DNA of 63,321 nucleotides from Deferribacterales bacterium. Its GTDB lineage: Bacteria; Chrysiogenota; Deferribacteres; Deferribacterales; Geovibrionaceae. How positions within the stretch are numbered: position 1 is the stretch's first letter; each line of letters starts with the position of its first letter. The notes below the pieces were generated by a model. That model searched no databases, was not told the DNA's origin, and worked only from the letters and a program-made list of their open reading frames with translations. This document shows positions 46,250-55,731 of the stretch, in pieces. The stretch spans positions 1-63,321 of the forward strand of contig JBFWLW010000015.1 of the NCBI GenBank assembly GCA_050251945.1, in the 5' to 3' direction. The position numbers were made by a program, and so were the translations under genes.

Positions 46250-46984
46250 ATGAGTAATTGGGGATTCTATTTCAATCAAGATAGATGTTTTGGCTGTAAT
46301 ACCTGCGCAACAGCCTGTAAAAACTGGAACGAAGCACGCCGGGGCGATGCCGAAATTAATGTCATTGACGATCCTGAAAGCTATATGTCTGAAGTCGGCG
46401 AACAGGATACAGGCAGTTATTATATTAATCCTGAAACCGGAGCTAATAACTACGAACTGTATCGTAAATATTATATGAAAGAGGATTGGAGACGTGTTTC
46501 CATTGAAATGACAGGTTCGGTATCTGAAAACAATGATGGTACATTTTCATCGAACATGGACAAGAGATATGTTTCTATTTCGTGCAATCATTGTGATCAG
46601 CCGGCATGTGTTGACGCGTGCCCGATGGGTATCATAGTTAAAAGCAAAGAAACGGGGCTTGTCCTTGTGAATAACGAAAGCTGCATCTCCTGCGGGAAAT
46701 GTAAGGACGCTTGTCCTTGGGATGCACCGCAATTCTATGATGCAAACTATACAACCTATGCACTAAACGACCCTGCCAGACCAAAAATGACAAAATGCAC
46801 TGGGTGCCTCGACAGAATTAAAGAGGGTCTCCGCCCTGCCTGTGTTGCAGCATGCTTTAACAGAGCGCTTGATGCGGGTCCGATTGATGAGCTTAAGAGT
46901 AAATATCCGGCTGCAACGGAAACGGTTTCCGGCTTTAACAGAGCCAGCACAAGCCCGAACATAATCTTCAAAGCGAAAAGCTGA
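46250..46984 (+). CDS. DmsB-like 4x[4Fe-4S] subunit
   Basis: GFYFNQDRCFGCNTC, SCNHCDQPAC, CISCGKC..ACPWDAPQ and KCTGC..R motifs. Confidence 0.92.
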   Translation: MSNWGFYFNQDRCFGCNTCATACKNWNEARRGDAEINVIDDPESYMSEVGEQDTGSYYINPETGANNYELYRKYYMKEDWRRVSIEMTGSVSENNDGTFSSNMDKRYVSISCNHCDQPACVDACPMGIIVKSKETGLVLVNNESCISCGKCKDACPWDAPQFYDANYTTYALNDPARPKMTKCTGCLDRIKEGLRPACVAACFNRALDAGPIDELKSKYPAATETVSGFNRASTSPNIIFKAKS

Positions 46985-46995
46985 GGATCAGAGTT

Positions 46996-47679
46996 ATGGA
47001 ATTACTTAAAGAGTTTATGCGTATCAGAGGAGATATTTACAACGTATTGTCAGTTCCTTTCCATAAGGAATTGTCAGTTGAATATACGGAAGTATTAAAA
47101 AAATATCTCCCGGTCATCAGGGAATTAAGTGTTGCATCAGGTGACATGCAATTCAGAGATGCAGTAGACAGTTTCGCAGAGATACTGAATATAGAATTTG
47201 ACAAAGACCGTTATGATGGTGAATTTGCGAAGCTCTTTCTGGGAGTGAACAAAGCTTCTTATACCGGACATACCGTTACACCTCACGAGTCTGTTTTTCT
47301 GTCTCATACGCGCCTTGTTATGCAGGAACAATGGGATGAGGTGGTTGAAATATACTATAATAACGGTCTGGGCAAAGAAAAGAAATTCAAAGAACCTGAA
47401 GATCATATCTCAGCTGAAATGAGCTTTATGGCTCATATGTCGGCAAAAACAGCCGAATGTGTCAATTCGGATGACTCTTCTGGTTTGGCTAAGTGTTTGG
47501 AGACTCAGGTGATTTTTTTAAAAGAGCATCTCTGTTCTTGGATTCATTTGCTTGCAGATGATATCCGGCGCAGCACAGAAATAGATTTTTACAGATGCTT
47601 TTCGACGCTGGTTGAATGCTTCATTGAATCAGATCACAACACATTAGAACAATTAAAAGAAGAGTCTATCACGGTCTAA
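46996..47679 (+). CDS. TorD/DmsD-family redox enzyme maturation protein
   Basis: PHESVF, EPEDHISAE and FLKEHL..W motifs. Confidence 0.88.
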   Translation: MELLKEFMRIRGDIYNVLSVPFHKELSVEYTEVLKKYLPVIRELSVASGDMQFRDAVDSFAEILNIEFDKDRYDGEFAKLFLGVNKASYTGHTVTPHESVFLSHTRLVMQEQWDEVVEIYYNNGLGKEKKFKEPEDHISAEMSFMAHMSAKTAECVNSDDSSGLAKCLETQVIFLKEHLCSWIHLLADDIRRSTEIDFYRCFSTLVECFIESDHNTLEQLKEESITV

Positions 47680-47697
47680 CAGACAAACAATTGTCAT

Positions 47698-47730
47698 GCG
47701 CAGCAGCTTTTAGCTGCTGCGCTTTCTTTT
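47698..47730. terminator. Terminator hairpin between convergent genes
   Basis: gcgcagcagc-tttta-gctgctgcgc followed by tttctttt. Confidence 0.7.
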
Positions 47731-47749
47731 GTTATCTTTTCTTAAAATA

Positions 47750-48445
47750 TTAAAGCATAATCATTTCAGGATCTTCAATTTTGTACCCTCTGCCCCTTAT
47801 CGTATATAGAAGCTGTTTGTTAAACGGTTTGTCCACGCGGGTTCTGAGAGTCCAGAAATGTGCTTTTAATGCATCGCTTACCGGCGGCTGATCACCCCAT
47901 AGGTCATATTCCAGTTCCTCGCGTGAAACAAATCCGGGGGATTTTTCTACCAGTCTATGAAGAATACGGAAACAAGCAGAAGAAAGGCGGATACTATGCC
48001 CGCCGCGCTTCACTGCCCCGTTTCCGGGATCAAGAGTTAGGTCTGCAACTTTAAATTCTCCGGAAAAGGATTGTATCCGGCGGCGTTCCAGAACTGCCTG
48101 AACCCTAACAAAAAGCTCTTGCGGTTTGAAAGGTTTAGTTATGTAGTCATCGGCTCCGCATTTGAAACCGTTTAATACATCCGAAATATCCACGCGCTCG
48201 GTCAGGATAACAACAGGTATCTTAAGGTGCAATATTTGCCGGATCTTTGAACAGATATCAAAACCATTCATTCTGCGAAGGTTTATATCCAAAACAATCA
48301 CATCATAGGAGTGTTCTCTCAAAAGAGAGAGCGCAAGTTGTCCTGATGTCGCAAAGTCAGTACAACATTTTCTGGTTTCCATAAAATCGATGATACTCTC
48401 CGCCAGATTATAATCATCCTCAATAAGAAGAACTTTTAGAGACAT
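47750..48445 (-). CDS. OmpR-family response regulator (no adjacent kinase)
   Basis: LLIEDD, VLDINL, GADDYITKPF and wHTH YTIRGRGY motifs; start may be 48445 or 48469. Confidence 0.88.
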   Translation of the reverse strand: MSLKVLLIEDDYNLAESIIDFMETRKCCTDFATSGQLALSLLREHSYDVIVLDINLRRMNGFDICSKIRQILHLKIPVVILTERVDISDVLNGFKCGADDYITKPFKPQELFVRVQAVLERRRIQSFSGEFKVADLTLDPGNGAVKRGGHSIRLSSACFRILHRLVEKSPGFVSREELEYDLWGDQPPVSDALKAHFWTLRTRVDKPFNKQLLYTIRGRGYKIEDPEMIML

Positions 48446-48560
48446 ATTTTCAAACAATATTTCACACATCAGAATACCCGAAGATCTTTATTATGAATTA
48501 TTGGAAGCCGCCCCGGACAATACCTGAGAGCGGCTTTTCAGGGACACCTACAAGGAGTAT

Positions 48561-49604
48561 CTATCGCACGCTAATTTTATCATCCACTGAAATACAGCCG
48601 CTCATGCACGCCTTAACGCATACTCCGCAGCCGTGGCAATAAAAAGGGTTATGGTTAAAACCACCGCCAGCAGACTCTTTCAAAGCGCCAGTGGGACACA
48701 GCTTTATACAGATGCCGCATCCTGAACATTTTTCTTTATCAATATTCAGGCTGCACAAAGGAATTTTTCTATCGAAACGGATATCTCTTCTGATCAAGTG
48801 CTTAATTGAAGAAAACGTTTCTCTGAAAAGAGCAACCCGTTGTGAAAGTTCGTTTTTGACATTAAAATCAACTGCAGAATTCTCTTTAACCGTGAAAGCA
48901 TCCGTAATGTCATTCATTCCTATAGCAAATTCACGTCCGACTGTTTTAAAAAAATCTCTCCTGCCTAAAACCTGATTCTTTAATCTGGCCGATGCACTAC
49001 GTTCCGCAAAACCACTGGCAGACAATACTATCCCGTCTTCATCACAACATCTTTCAACAAAGCATTTGTCAAGACTTGACACAAAGTTATCAAGAGAATC
49101 CAACTGCTCAATAAGGCAATTAACTCCGTCAGAATGATTGCAGGAACTACAGTCACCAAATTTAAAGACAATTTTCTTTATTCCTTTCGTAAGCCAATAA
49201 AGAATGTGAACCGCATGTATACTGCCGACACAGTTGACTGCTTTGGTATTTTTAGCTTTGACTGCTTTACATTTTATAAACAGTTCTCCATTGTCCAACG
49301 AATCAATTATGCTGTCACACCATTTTTTTTCTGACATACCGGAGCGTTTAAAAGCTCCGTAGCTGCAGGCAGAGATACACTTTTCGCATCCTGTACATTT
49401 GGAGCTGTCCACAGAAATCCCTGTTCCCGGTCGACCTATTTTTATTGCATCAGCTTTGCATACAGCTTTACAGTCTCGGCATTCCACTTTTTTATGAAAC
49501 ATCGCAATGCAATGGTTGGATTCAGGTTTAACCGGAGAATAGCCTGCACTTTGTATTCCTCTGAATAGCCCTATCATTCTAACCTCAGTAACCCGCTGAG
49601 ACAC
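48561..49604 (-). CDS. Polyferredoxin-like 4Fe-4S protein
   Basis: CRDCKAVC, CTGCEKCISAC, CSGCGICIKLCP and CHGCGVCVKAC motifs; internal RRDFF. Confidence 0.85.
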   Translation of the reverse strand: MSQRVTEVRMIGLFRGIQSAGYSPVKPESNHCIAMFHKKVECRDCKAVCKADAIKIGRPGTGISVDSSKCTGCEKCISACSYGAFKRSGMSEKKWCDSIIDSLDNGELFIKCKAVKAKNTKAVNCVGSIHAVHILYWLTKGIKKIVFKFGDCSSCNHSDGVNCLIEQLDSLDNFVSSLDKCFVERCCDEDGIVLSASGFAERSASARLKNQVLGRRDFFKTVGREFAIGMNDITDAFTVKENSAVDFNVKNELSQRVALFRETFSSIKHLIRRDIRFDRKIPLCSLNIDKEKCSGCGICIKLCPTGALKESAGGGFNHNPFYCHGCGVCVKACMSGCISVDDKISVR

Positions 49605-50248
49605 TCCATATCGGCTTTAATCAGAATATACGGCAGCATTGCCAATGCGTTATAAATACTGCCTGCAGCCGACATCTTGAGCAGCTTTTTTCCGAAAGAA
49701 TCCAGCCAGTTAAGCATATGGTCTCTGATAAAATCAGATTGTATAATAAGAGATTCATCTGATATCTCTGAACTGCTTCTCTTTTGAATCATGGTGCAGA
49801 TGAAAAGACATTGTATTTCAAGGGAATCCTCAAGCTTACCCGTTCCTTCCGGCAGACTGAATCCGTGTTTACGATAGTATTTTCTGCAATTCTCCCACTG
49901 CTCACGCTTTATCAGATTTTTAACGGATAACACCGATGAAGCAGAGTCAGGAACTTTATTGACTCCCAATACAAAATGTTTTGTATGCTCTCTCGCCATC
50001 TCAAGCTGAAAATCGGCATCATCTTTCTTCCCGTAATTAACGTCTATCCATGTATTCATTTTTGTTACTGTTTCTTCTGCAATTATCTTTTCTTTCTCAC
50101 CAAATGTTGCATAATAAAGCATCAAAAGGTTTCTCAGAACCTCCACCCGTTCATATGTTAAAACCGAACTGAAGAGCGTGGACAGTTCTGAATAAAGATT
50201 GAACCTGCCCTTCATAAACAAATCCATATCAATTGCTTCAACATTCAT
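49574..50248 (-). CDS. Divergent TorD/DmsD-family chaperone
   Basis: VPDSASS, LEDSLEIQ and Q.DFIRDHMLNW resemble REMP motifs. Confidence 0.7.
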   Translation of the reverse strand: MNVEAIDMDLFMKGRFNLYSELSTLFSSVLTYERVEVLRNLLMLYYATFGEKEKIIAEETVTKMNTWIDVNYGKKDDADFQLEMAREHTKHFVLGVNKVPDSASSVLSVKNLIKREQWENCRKYYRKHGFSLPEGTGKLEDSLEIQCLFICTMIQKRSSSEISDESLIIQSDFIRDHMLNWLDSFGKKLLKMSAAGSIYNALAMLPYILIKADMECLSGLLRLE

Positions 50249-51512
50249 TATCCGCTCCTTTTATGACAACTTTTTCAAGATGGATCTCTCTGATGTACTT
50301 GTATCCGGAATATTCCGCCACACAGTAGGAAACTGCGGCTTCGGCATCTCTTTCCGGTCTGATAAGTCCCATGTCCTTCACTCTGAACTCAATACTGCTT
50401 TCGGATCCGTCAAAGAAGTAATAGAGTACCCCCTTTCTGTCCAATGCTTCCCTTATGAGCAGGGCGTCTTCTCCCCATGCTTTTACGGATTTTATGAAAA
50501 AATCATCTTCGTCAAACATTTCATAAGTGCTGAGTTTAGTTCCGGCATTCTGAAAATAGATCTGGGATGTCAGTTTGTTTTCGAGTGAGCAATAGTGTAC
50601 GCCTATTCTGAAATTGTTCGTCAGGGCGTATCTGATACATTCAAGTGCGGTTATCTCACTGCCGTCAACAGGAAGCCCGCCTGCATAATCGTATTTATAT
50701 AACACCCTGTAAGGGCGATGTTTTATTCTGTAGCCTCTGTCCCTGTAATCCTGCGGTCTCTGCCACGGGAAAAGGAACTCAAGCAGATTAACGCTGAATA
50801 TTCCGCAACGTTCCATAACATCCAGAAGCGAAGTCATTTCACCATATGAATCGGGAAGAACAGGCATCTCAACGGTCACATGATTTATATACCCTTTCGC
50901 AAGCAGAAGTTTCTTTTCCAATTCTCCGCTGTCATACTTTCCATCCGAATCCTTGACGGATATCCGCACCTCATCCAGACAGCCGGACAGTTTTTTTAAA
51001 ATATCCACCGTCATAAGGTCGCCGTTGGTGTAGAGCCTTGTCTCTGTTTTGCGGTCGTGCCGCTTTACTGTGCGGAAAAAATCTATACATTCATCGGGGT
51101 AAAGCAGCGGTTCGCCGCCTGTAACAGCAACAGACCTGACCTTTCCGGTTTTTTCGGCAAAAGTCTTAAATTCATTCTTTATATTAAAAACTGTGTTAAT
51201 TTTCTGATCATAGTTTTCCTGATTCCTGTTGGAACAGAAATAACAGTCTCTGTTGCAGTCCAGAGAAATGATGAATGTTTTTGCACCCATACCCGTTCTG
51301 CAATGATCGCAGGCTCTGGATCGCCTGTTTACTATCACGCTTTTGGAGCCTCCGCATACTGAGCCGCCCAAAGCTTTAATTTCAGCAATAAGATTTTCAG
51401 TCTCAGCTTTCCTGTCGTCAGCAAAATCCAGTCCTTCATTACGGACAGCTTTTTCAAATTCACAATAAATACGTTCATATCTGTTGATTTCTTTGTTTAT
51501 CATATCAATCAC
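50238..51512 (-). CDS. Radical SAM protein of unknown function
   Basis: CNRDCYFC CxxxCxxC; TGGEPL; LYTNG; extra CDHC and HYCS motifs. Confidence 0.88.
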   Translation of the reverse strand: MIDMINKEINRYERIYCEFEKAVRNEGLDFADDRKAETENLIAEIKALGGSVCGGSKSVIVNRRSRACDHCRTGMGAKTFIISLDCNRDCYFCSNRNQENYDQKINTVFNIKNEFKTFAEKTGKVRSVAVTGGEPLLYPDECIDFFRTVKRHDRKTETRLYTNGDLMTVDILKKLSGCLDEVRISVKDSDGKYDSGELEKKLLLAKGYINHVTVEMPVLPDSYGEMTSLLDVMERCGIFSVNLLEFLFPWQRPQDYRDRGYRIKHRPYRVLYKYDYAGGLPVDGSEITALECIRYALTNNFRIGVHYCSLENKLTSQIYFQNAGTKLSTYEMFDEDDFFIKSVKAWGEDALLIREALDRKGVLYYFFDGSESSIEFRVKDMGLIRPERDAEAAVSYCVAEYSGYKYIREIHLEKVVIKGADNEC

Positions 51513-51562
51513 AACTTTTTAATCCGGAGGCAGGCTGCCCCGCCTCCGGTAAGTACAAATTT

Positions 51563-52171
51563 CTATTTACGTTTAAATATTATGGAAGGTTCAAGATCCT
51601 TTCCAAGTGTTGAACTCGCAGCGTTTACCGCCTGAGTCGGATAACCGGTAACAGTTGACACCGTATCGGAATATTTTGATTTCAGATCTTCAAGAACTCC
51701 GAAATCAATTGCCCTCTGAGGACAAGCCCCAACACATGCCGTCTGCTTATCAGCCGCCACTCTGTCCCAGCACGCTGTGCATTTCTGCATGGGATGGTCA
51801 ACATTCCATGAATCCGATTTCTCCGGTTCCTGTGTGTCGTTTGCGAACTGAGGTGCTCCGAAAGGACAGGCAGCAAGGCACGCTTTACATGCAATGCAGG
51901 CATCTCTGTCAACAATAACGATACCGTCCTCATCTCTTTTGTATATGGCACCCATAGGGCAAACGCTTACACATGCCGGATTTGCACAATGGTTGCAGCC
52001 CATGGTAAGCTGATACACCTGCAGATTGGGGTAGCCCCCCACTTCTGTTTCTGTTCTTCTGCGCCAGAAGGCAGAACCGGCGTTTACACTGTTCCAGTCT
52101 TTGCAGGCAACGAGACATGCGTCACAGCCGATACATCTTGTCTGATCAAAGTAAAATCCTTTTTGTGACAT
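51563..52171 (-). CDS. DmsB-like 4x[4Fe-4S] subunit (copy 2)
   Basis: GFYFDQTRCIGCDAC..ACKD, GCNHCANPAC, CIACKAC..ACPFGAPQ and KCTAC motifs. Confidence 0.92.
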   Translation of the reverse strand: MSQKGFYFDQTRCIGCDACLVACKDWNSVNAGSAFWRRRTETEVGGYPNLQVYQLTMGCNHCANPACVSVCPMGAIYKRDEDGIVIVDRDACIACKACLAACPFGAPQFANDTQEPEKSDSWNVDHPMQKCTACWDRVAADKQTACVGACPQRAIDFGVLEDLKSKYSDTVSTVTGYPTQAVNAASSTLGKDLEPSIIFKRK

Positions 52172-52183
52172 TTTGAACTCCCC

Positions 52184-55100
52184 TTACGCCTTCTCAATTT
52201 TCAAACGGTCATCACTGCTCATAGACATACCGAACGCAATACGTGACGGTCTGCCGGATGAAAGAGAGTTAGTGGCACCGCCAATATCTATACTGTTCGC
52301 GTTCACGCTGAACCATCCGCCATCGCCTATTCCGGCATTATATGGAGCCATTCTGTTTGTAAAACGAACAGAAGCATACAAGGCTCCTCTTGAGTTGGAT
52401 ACCTTCACTCTGTCCCCTTCTGCAACACCGAGTTCTGAAGCATGTACAGGGTTCAGATATACAGGTTCATAGATATCATCATCCCAAACTCCATCCGTAT
52501 AACTTCTTGAAGGATCAAGATATGCTCGTTCGCCCTTTGAATTACGTTTATAGAGTTCATCCAGCAGGCTGGCGTTGCCCATTGTTGAGTGAGCCCTATA
52601 GTTGAAGTGTCCGGTCTGCTTTTTAAATATGTACCCTTTGGCTGTGAGACCGAGGAGGTCAGGGTGCGAATCGTCCGCGTGCATCGCCTCCACCGCAGGA
52701 ATATACATCGGAATGGGATAAACGAATCTGCGGCTTGTTGAATTTGCAGATGTTGAAGCGGTGTATATATGTCCGCTGTTTTTGAGTACAGCCGATCCGT
52801 CGGTATCGGTTGTCACTGTATCCAAACTGGACTGGGCAGCCTCATAATCCTCAAGCATAGCCTGATAGTATGCCTCAACCTTTCCTGACATTGTGTTGAG
52901 AGGATTCGTAGCAGGATCAGTTATAAAGTCTTCTTTAGCAATACGCTTAACTTTGTTAGGCCGCTGTTCGAGCATATTGACTCCGCCAACAAGCTGTATT
53001 GCGTCCCAGTCCTGATCTATCTGACCTTCGCTGTAACCTTTGTTCCAGTTATATTCCGACCATTCATAATCAGTGTTTACCACTGTGTTTGTTCCGTCAC
53101 CGACTGTTTTAAACTCCTCTTCTTTGCCCCATGCTGCGGCAATTCTTCTGGATATCTCAAATTCGTTGAGAGCTTCTCCGGGAGCATCGGTGATTTTAGG
53201 CATAACAAGTGCTTCGGCAGTAAGCCAGCCGCATGTTTCACCCCATTTCTCACCGGGTCCCGCACAGGGAAGGACATAATCGGATATCAGAGAACTTGCC
53301 GTGAAGAACAGATCGCCAGTGAGGATAAGCTCAACATTATAATTTCCGTTTCCGTCTTTCGCAGTACAAACCTCAACTATCTCGTTGGAATTGCCTGTCT
53401 GGTTGACAAAGTTGCCTCCAAAGCAGAAAAGTCCTTTTATGGGAGTTGTTACAGTGTTCGATCTGCCGTAATTCCATTTTGAAGTGTTTGATGTTCCGGC
53501 ACATCTCACATAATCGACCCAAACGGGAAGCGAAAGACCGTTCATCATGATCACATTACACAATGGGTTTGTTCTGGCAGTGTTGCCCACATAAGGTCCA
53601 AGCTCTCCCCCTTGAAGTGTCAGCTTGGTCATATCATATGAATCTGCTGCAATGCTTGAGGAACCGGGATTATTGCCATTGAGAGCGACCTTATCACTCA
53701 TTGTACCGGGGTATTTATAATTTACTTCATGAGAAAATCCATAGCTTCTTCCCTCGACACCAATGTTCTTTGTGACAGCAGACAGGACAGGTCCGAGGTT
53801 TACAGGCATATCGCCTTCGGTATGACGCTGAAGACCGCCTGAAACCCAGGTTGTGACCTTAGTTTTGACATACATTTCAGCAAGTTCTCTGATTTTATCA
53901 GCAGAAACGCCTGTAATTTTTGCCGCCCATTCCGGTGTTTTTGGTATCTGACCATAGCAGGGAGCAGTTTTTCCATAAAGACCGTCAGTAGTGGGAACGT
54001 TGTAGCCGATTGTGTCAGGATAAACGGACACACTCTGGTTAACTGTTGTTCCCGCTGTCATATTCGTGTATGCGGCTGCGCCGGAAGACATAACCGCATT
54101 GGTAAGCCTGTCGTCAGTTCCCATGATATATGCTGAAAGTGAAGCACCTGCGGGCACCTGATAAGCTGTTGCATTTGCATTTATATCTGCATAGTAATGC
54201 TTGGGGTTAGTGTCATCAAAAAAACCGTGAACATATTTTCTGATGAATTCTTCGTCAAGCCACGGATCAGAAAGCAGATTTCCCGATTCATCCCATGTAT
54301 TCACTATCATCTCATGTAACATTGCAAGCATCAGAGCAGCATCTGTTGTTCCTGTTATTCCCACATAGTCATCCGCAAAGGCTTCTGCTGTGGGAGTAAA
54401 TCTGGGATCAATAACGGTGACCTTGACCCCTTTTTCTCTGGCATTGGTGATATACCATGCTGTCTGCGGTCCGACTCTTGCTTCTGCAGGGTTAAACGCC
54501 CACAGGACAAGATTGTCGGAGTTTTCAATATCAGCCCTGTTGTTTGCCACTCGCAGCGCAACTGATGTTGCGGTTTCCTGTGCAAACCCGTCGTGGTCAA
54601 CAAAAAAATATGAATACGTGTGCTGCGGATAGCTGAGGTCGAGAACCCATTGCACAGGACTGCAGTCAGAACCGAGCAATTTAGTCAGGTTCGCTATTGT
54701 GTTGCCCTGGGATGTTCTGTCTGAAGGAGCAAGGCAGTTGTAAAATGTTGCTCCGCCGTAAGTTGTATAAACATCTTGCATTTTGGCGGCTATTTCGGAT
54801 ATCGCCTGATCCCATGATATCTCCACGAAACCGGTGATATCTCCCCTTTCTTTTGTTTGTTTAAGCGGTTTTGTAAGCCTGTCGTTGCGATACCACCAGT
54901 CGGTTTTTGCTCTGCATCTCTGGCAGGAGCGTATCTGAGCTTTGCCGGCAAAAACGTCTCCGTCCTCTCTGTCCTCATCAGTTACGATCCTTTTTACAAC
55001 ACCCTCTTCCACATAATATTTGCTGACGCATCCGCCGCCGCAGTTATGGGGGGTTGATCCGAGAATATATTTTCCGCTGACATCGGGCGGCTGAAGGTTA

Positions 55101-55240
55101 GGGTCTGATTCGTCAAAGTACGTTTTTGTCCCGCTTCCACCGCAGCCTGCGAGGGTGGCGGCAGCAACAGCCGCAGACATCCCCTGAAGAACCGAACGTC
55201 TGGTTACTTTTTTATCTTTTAATATTTCTGTGACTTTCAT
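52184..55240 (-). CDS. DmsA-like Mo-bisPGD oxidoreductase, Tat lipoprotein (copy 2)
   Basis: TRRSVLQ Tat motif; LAGC; HNCGGGC; IDPRFT; GTTDAAL; KTPEWAAKITG; RAHST. Confidence 0.88.
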   Translation of the reverse strand: MKVTEILKDKKVTRRSVLQGMSAAVAAATLAGCGGSGTKTYFDESDPNLQPPDVSGKYILGSTPHNCGGGCVSKYYVEEGVVKRIVTDEDREDGDVFAGKAQIRSCQRCRAKTDWWYRNDRLTKPLKQTKERGDITGFVEISWDQAISEIAAKMQDVYTTYGGATFYNCLAPSDRTSQGNTIANLTKLLGSDCSPVQWVLDLSYPQHTYSYFFVDHDGFAQETATSVALRVANNRADIENSDNLVLWAFNPAEARVGPQTAWYITNAREKGVKVTVIDPRFTPTAEAFADDYVGITGTTDAALMLAMLHEMIVNTWDESGNLLSDPWLDEEFIRKYVHGFFDDTNPKHYYADINANATAYQVPAGASLSAYIMGTDDRLTNAVMSSGAAAYTNMTAGTTVNQSVSVYPDTIGYNVPTTDGLYGKTAPCYGQIPKTPEWAAKITGVSADKIRELAEMYVKTKVTTWVSGGLQRHTEGDMPVNLGPVLSAVTKNIGVEGRSYGFSHEVNYKYPGTMSDKVALNGNNPGSSSIAADSYDMTKLTLQGGELGPYVGNTARTNPLCNVIMMNGLSLPVWVDYVRCAGTSNTSKWNYGRSNTVTTPIKGLFCFGGNFVNQTGNSNEIVEVCTAKDGNGNYNVELILTGDLFFTASSLISDYVLPCAGPGEKWGETCGWLTAEALVMPKITDAPGEALNEFEISRRIAAAWGKEEEFKTVGDGTNTVVNTDYEWSEYNWNKGYSEGQIDQDWDAIQLVGGVNMLEQRPNKVKRIAKEDFITDPATNPLNTMSGKVEAYYQAMLEDYEAAQSSLDTVTTDTDGSAVLKNSGHIYTASTSANSTSRRFVYPIPMYIPAVEAMHADDSHPDLLGLTAKGYIFKKQTGHFNYRAHSTMGNASLLDELYKRNSKGERAYLDPSRSYTDGVWDDDIYEPVYLNPVHASELGVAEGDRVKVSNSRGALYASVRFTNRMAPYNAGIGDGGWFSVNANSIDIGGATNSLSSGRPSRIAFGMSMSSDDRLKIEKA

Positions 55241-55257
55241 GGTTATCTCCATATCTG

Positions 55258-55722
55258 CTATTTACTGTAACTTGAAGGACTGTGACTCGTTTCGTGACAG
55301 GTGCCGCAGGTTGTTTCCTGCACGGGGTAATGGCAGCTGCCGCAGTGCCTGTTCTGGCTGTCGCCCTCCCCTCCCCAACCGGGACGGTGGGTTATGGGCG
55401 GCGTCGACTTGTGACACTCGGTACACGAATCCTCTTTATGGCACACCAGACAGCTCTCCCTGTCCCATCTCGCCTTGTACGCATGGGTCAGACGCTTCCA
55501 AGAACCATTGTGACTGCGCGGCGCTACCTCCTGATGGCAGGTGATACACTCCACCCTGTCCGTGTGGCAGTCTTTACAGCTTTCAGGATCAGACACTGAT
55601 GCCTGTCCGTGAAGCTTCATCCAATCGGCTGTATGGGTCTCGGGTTTATTGCTCTGGTATGCATACGCAGCGGTAAAAACTGCAAACAGAAGAAATAGTC
55701 CTGCTATAGTTATCTTTCTCAT
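55258..55722 (-). CDS. Small periplasmic hexaheme cytochrome c (copy 2)
   Basis: Signal peptide plus CKDCH, CITCH, CLVCH, CTECH, CGSCH, CGTCH. Confidence 0.92.
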   Translation of the reverse strand: MRKITIAGLFLLFAVFTAAYAYQSNKPETHTADWMKLHGQASVSDPESCKDCHTDRVECITCHQEVAPRSHNGSWKRLTHAYKARWDRESCLVCHKEDSCTECHKSTPPITHRPGWGGEGDSQNRHCGSCHYPVQETTCGTCHETSHSPSSYSK

Positions 55723-55731
55723 CGCTGCTCC

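Noticed and set aside
47915..47930. Canonical parS (TGTTTCACGTGAAACA)
   Set aside because: Only one half matches, it lies inside a coding sequence, and it is far from parB.
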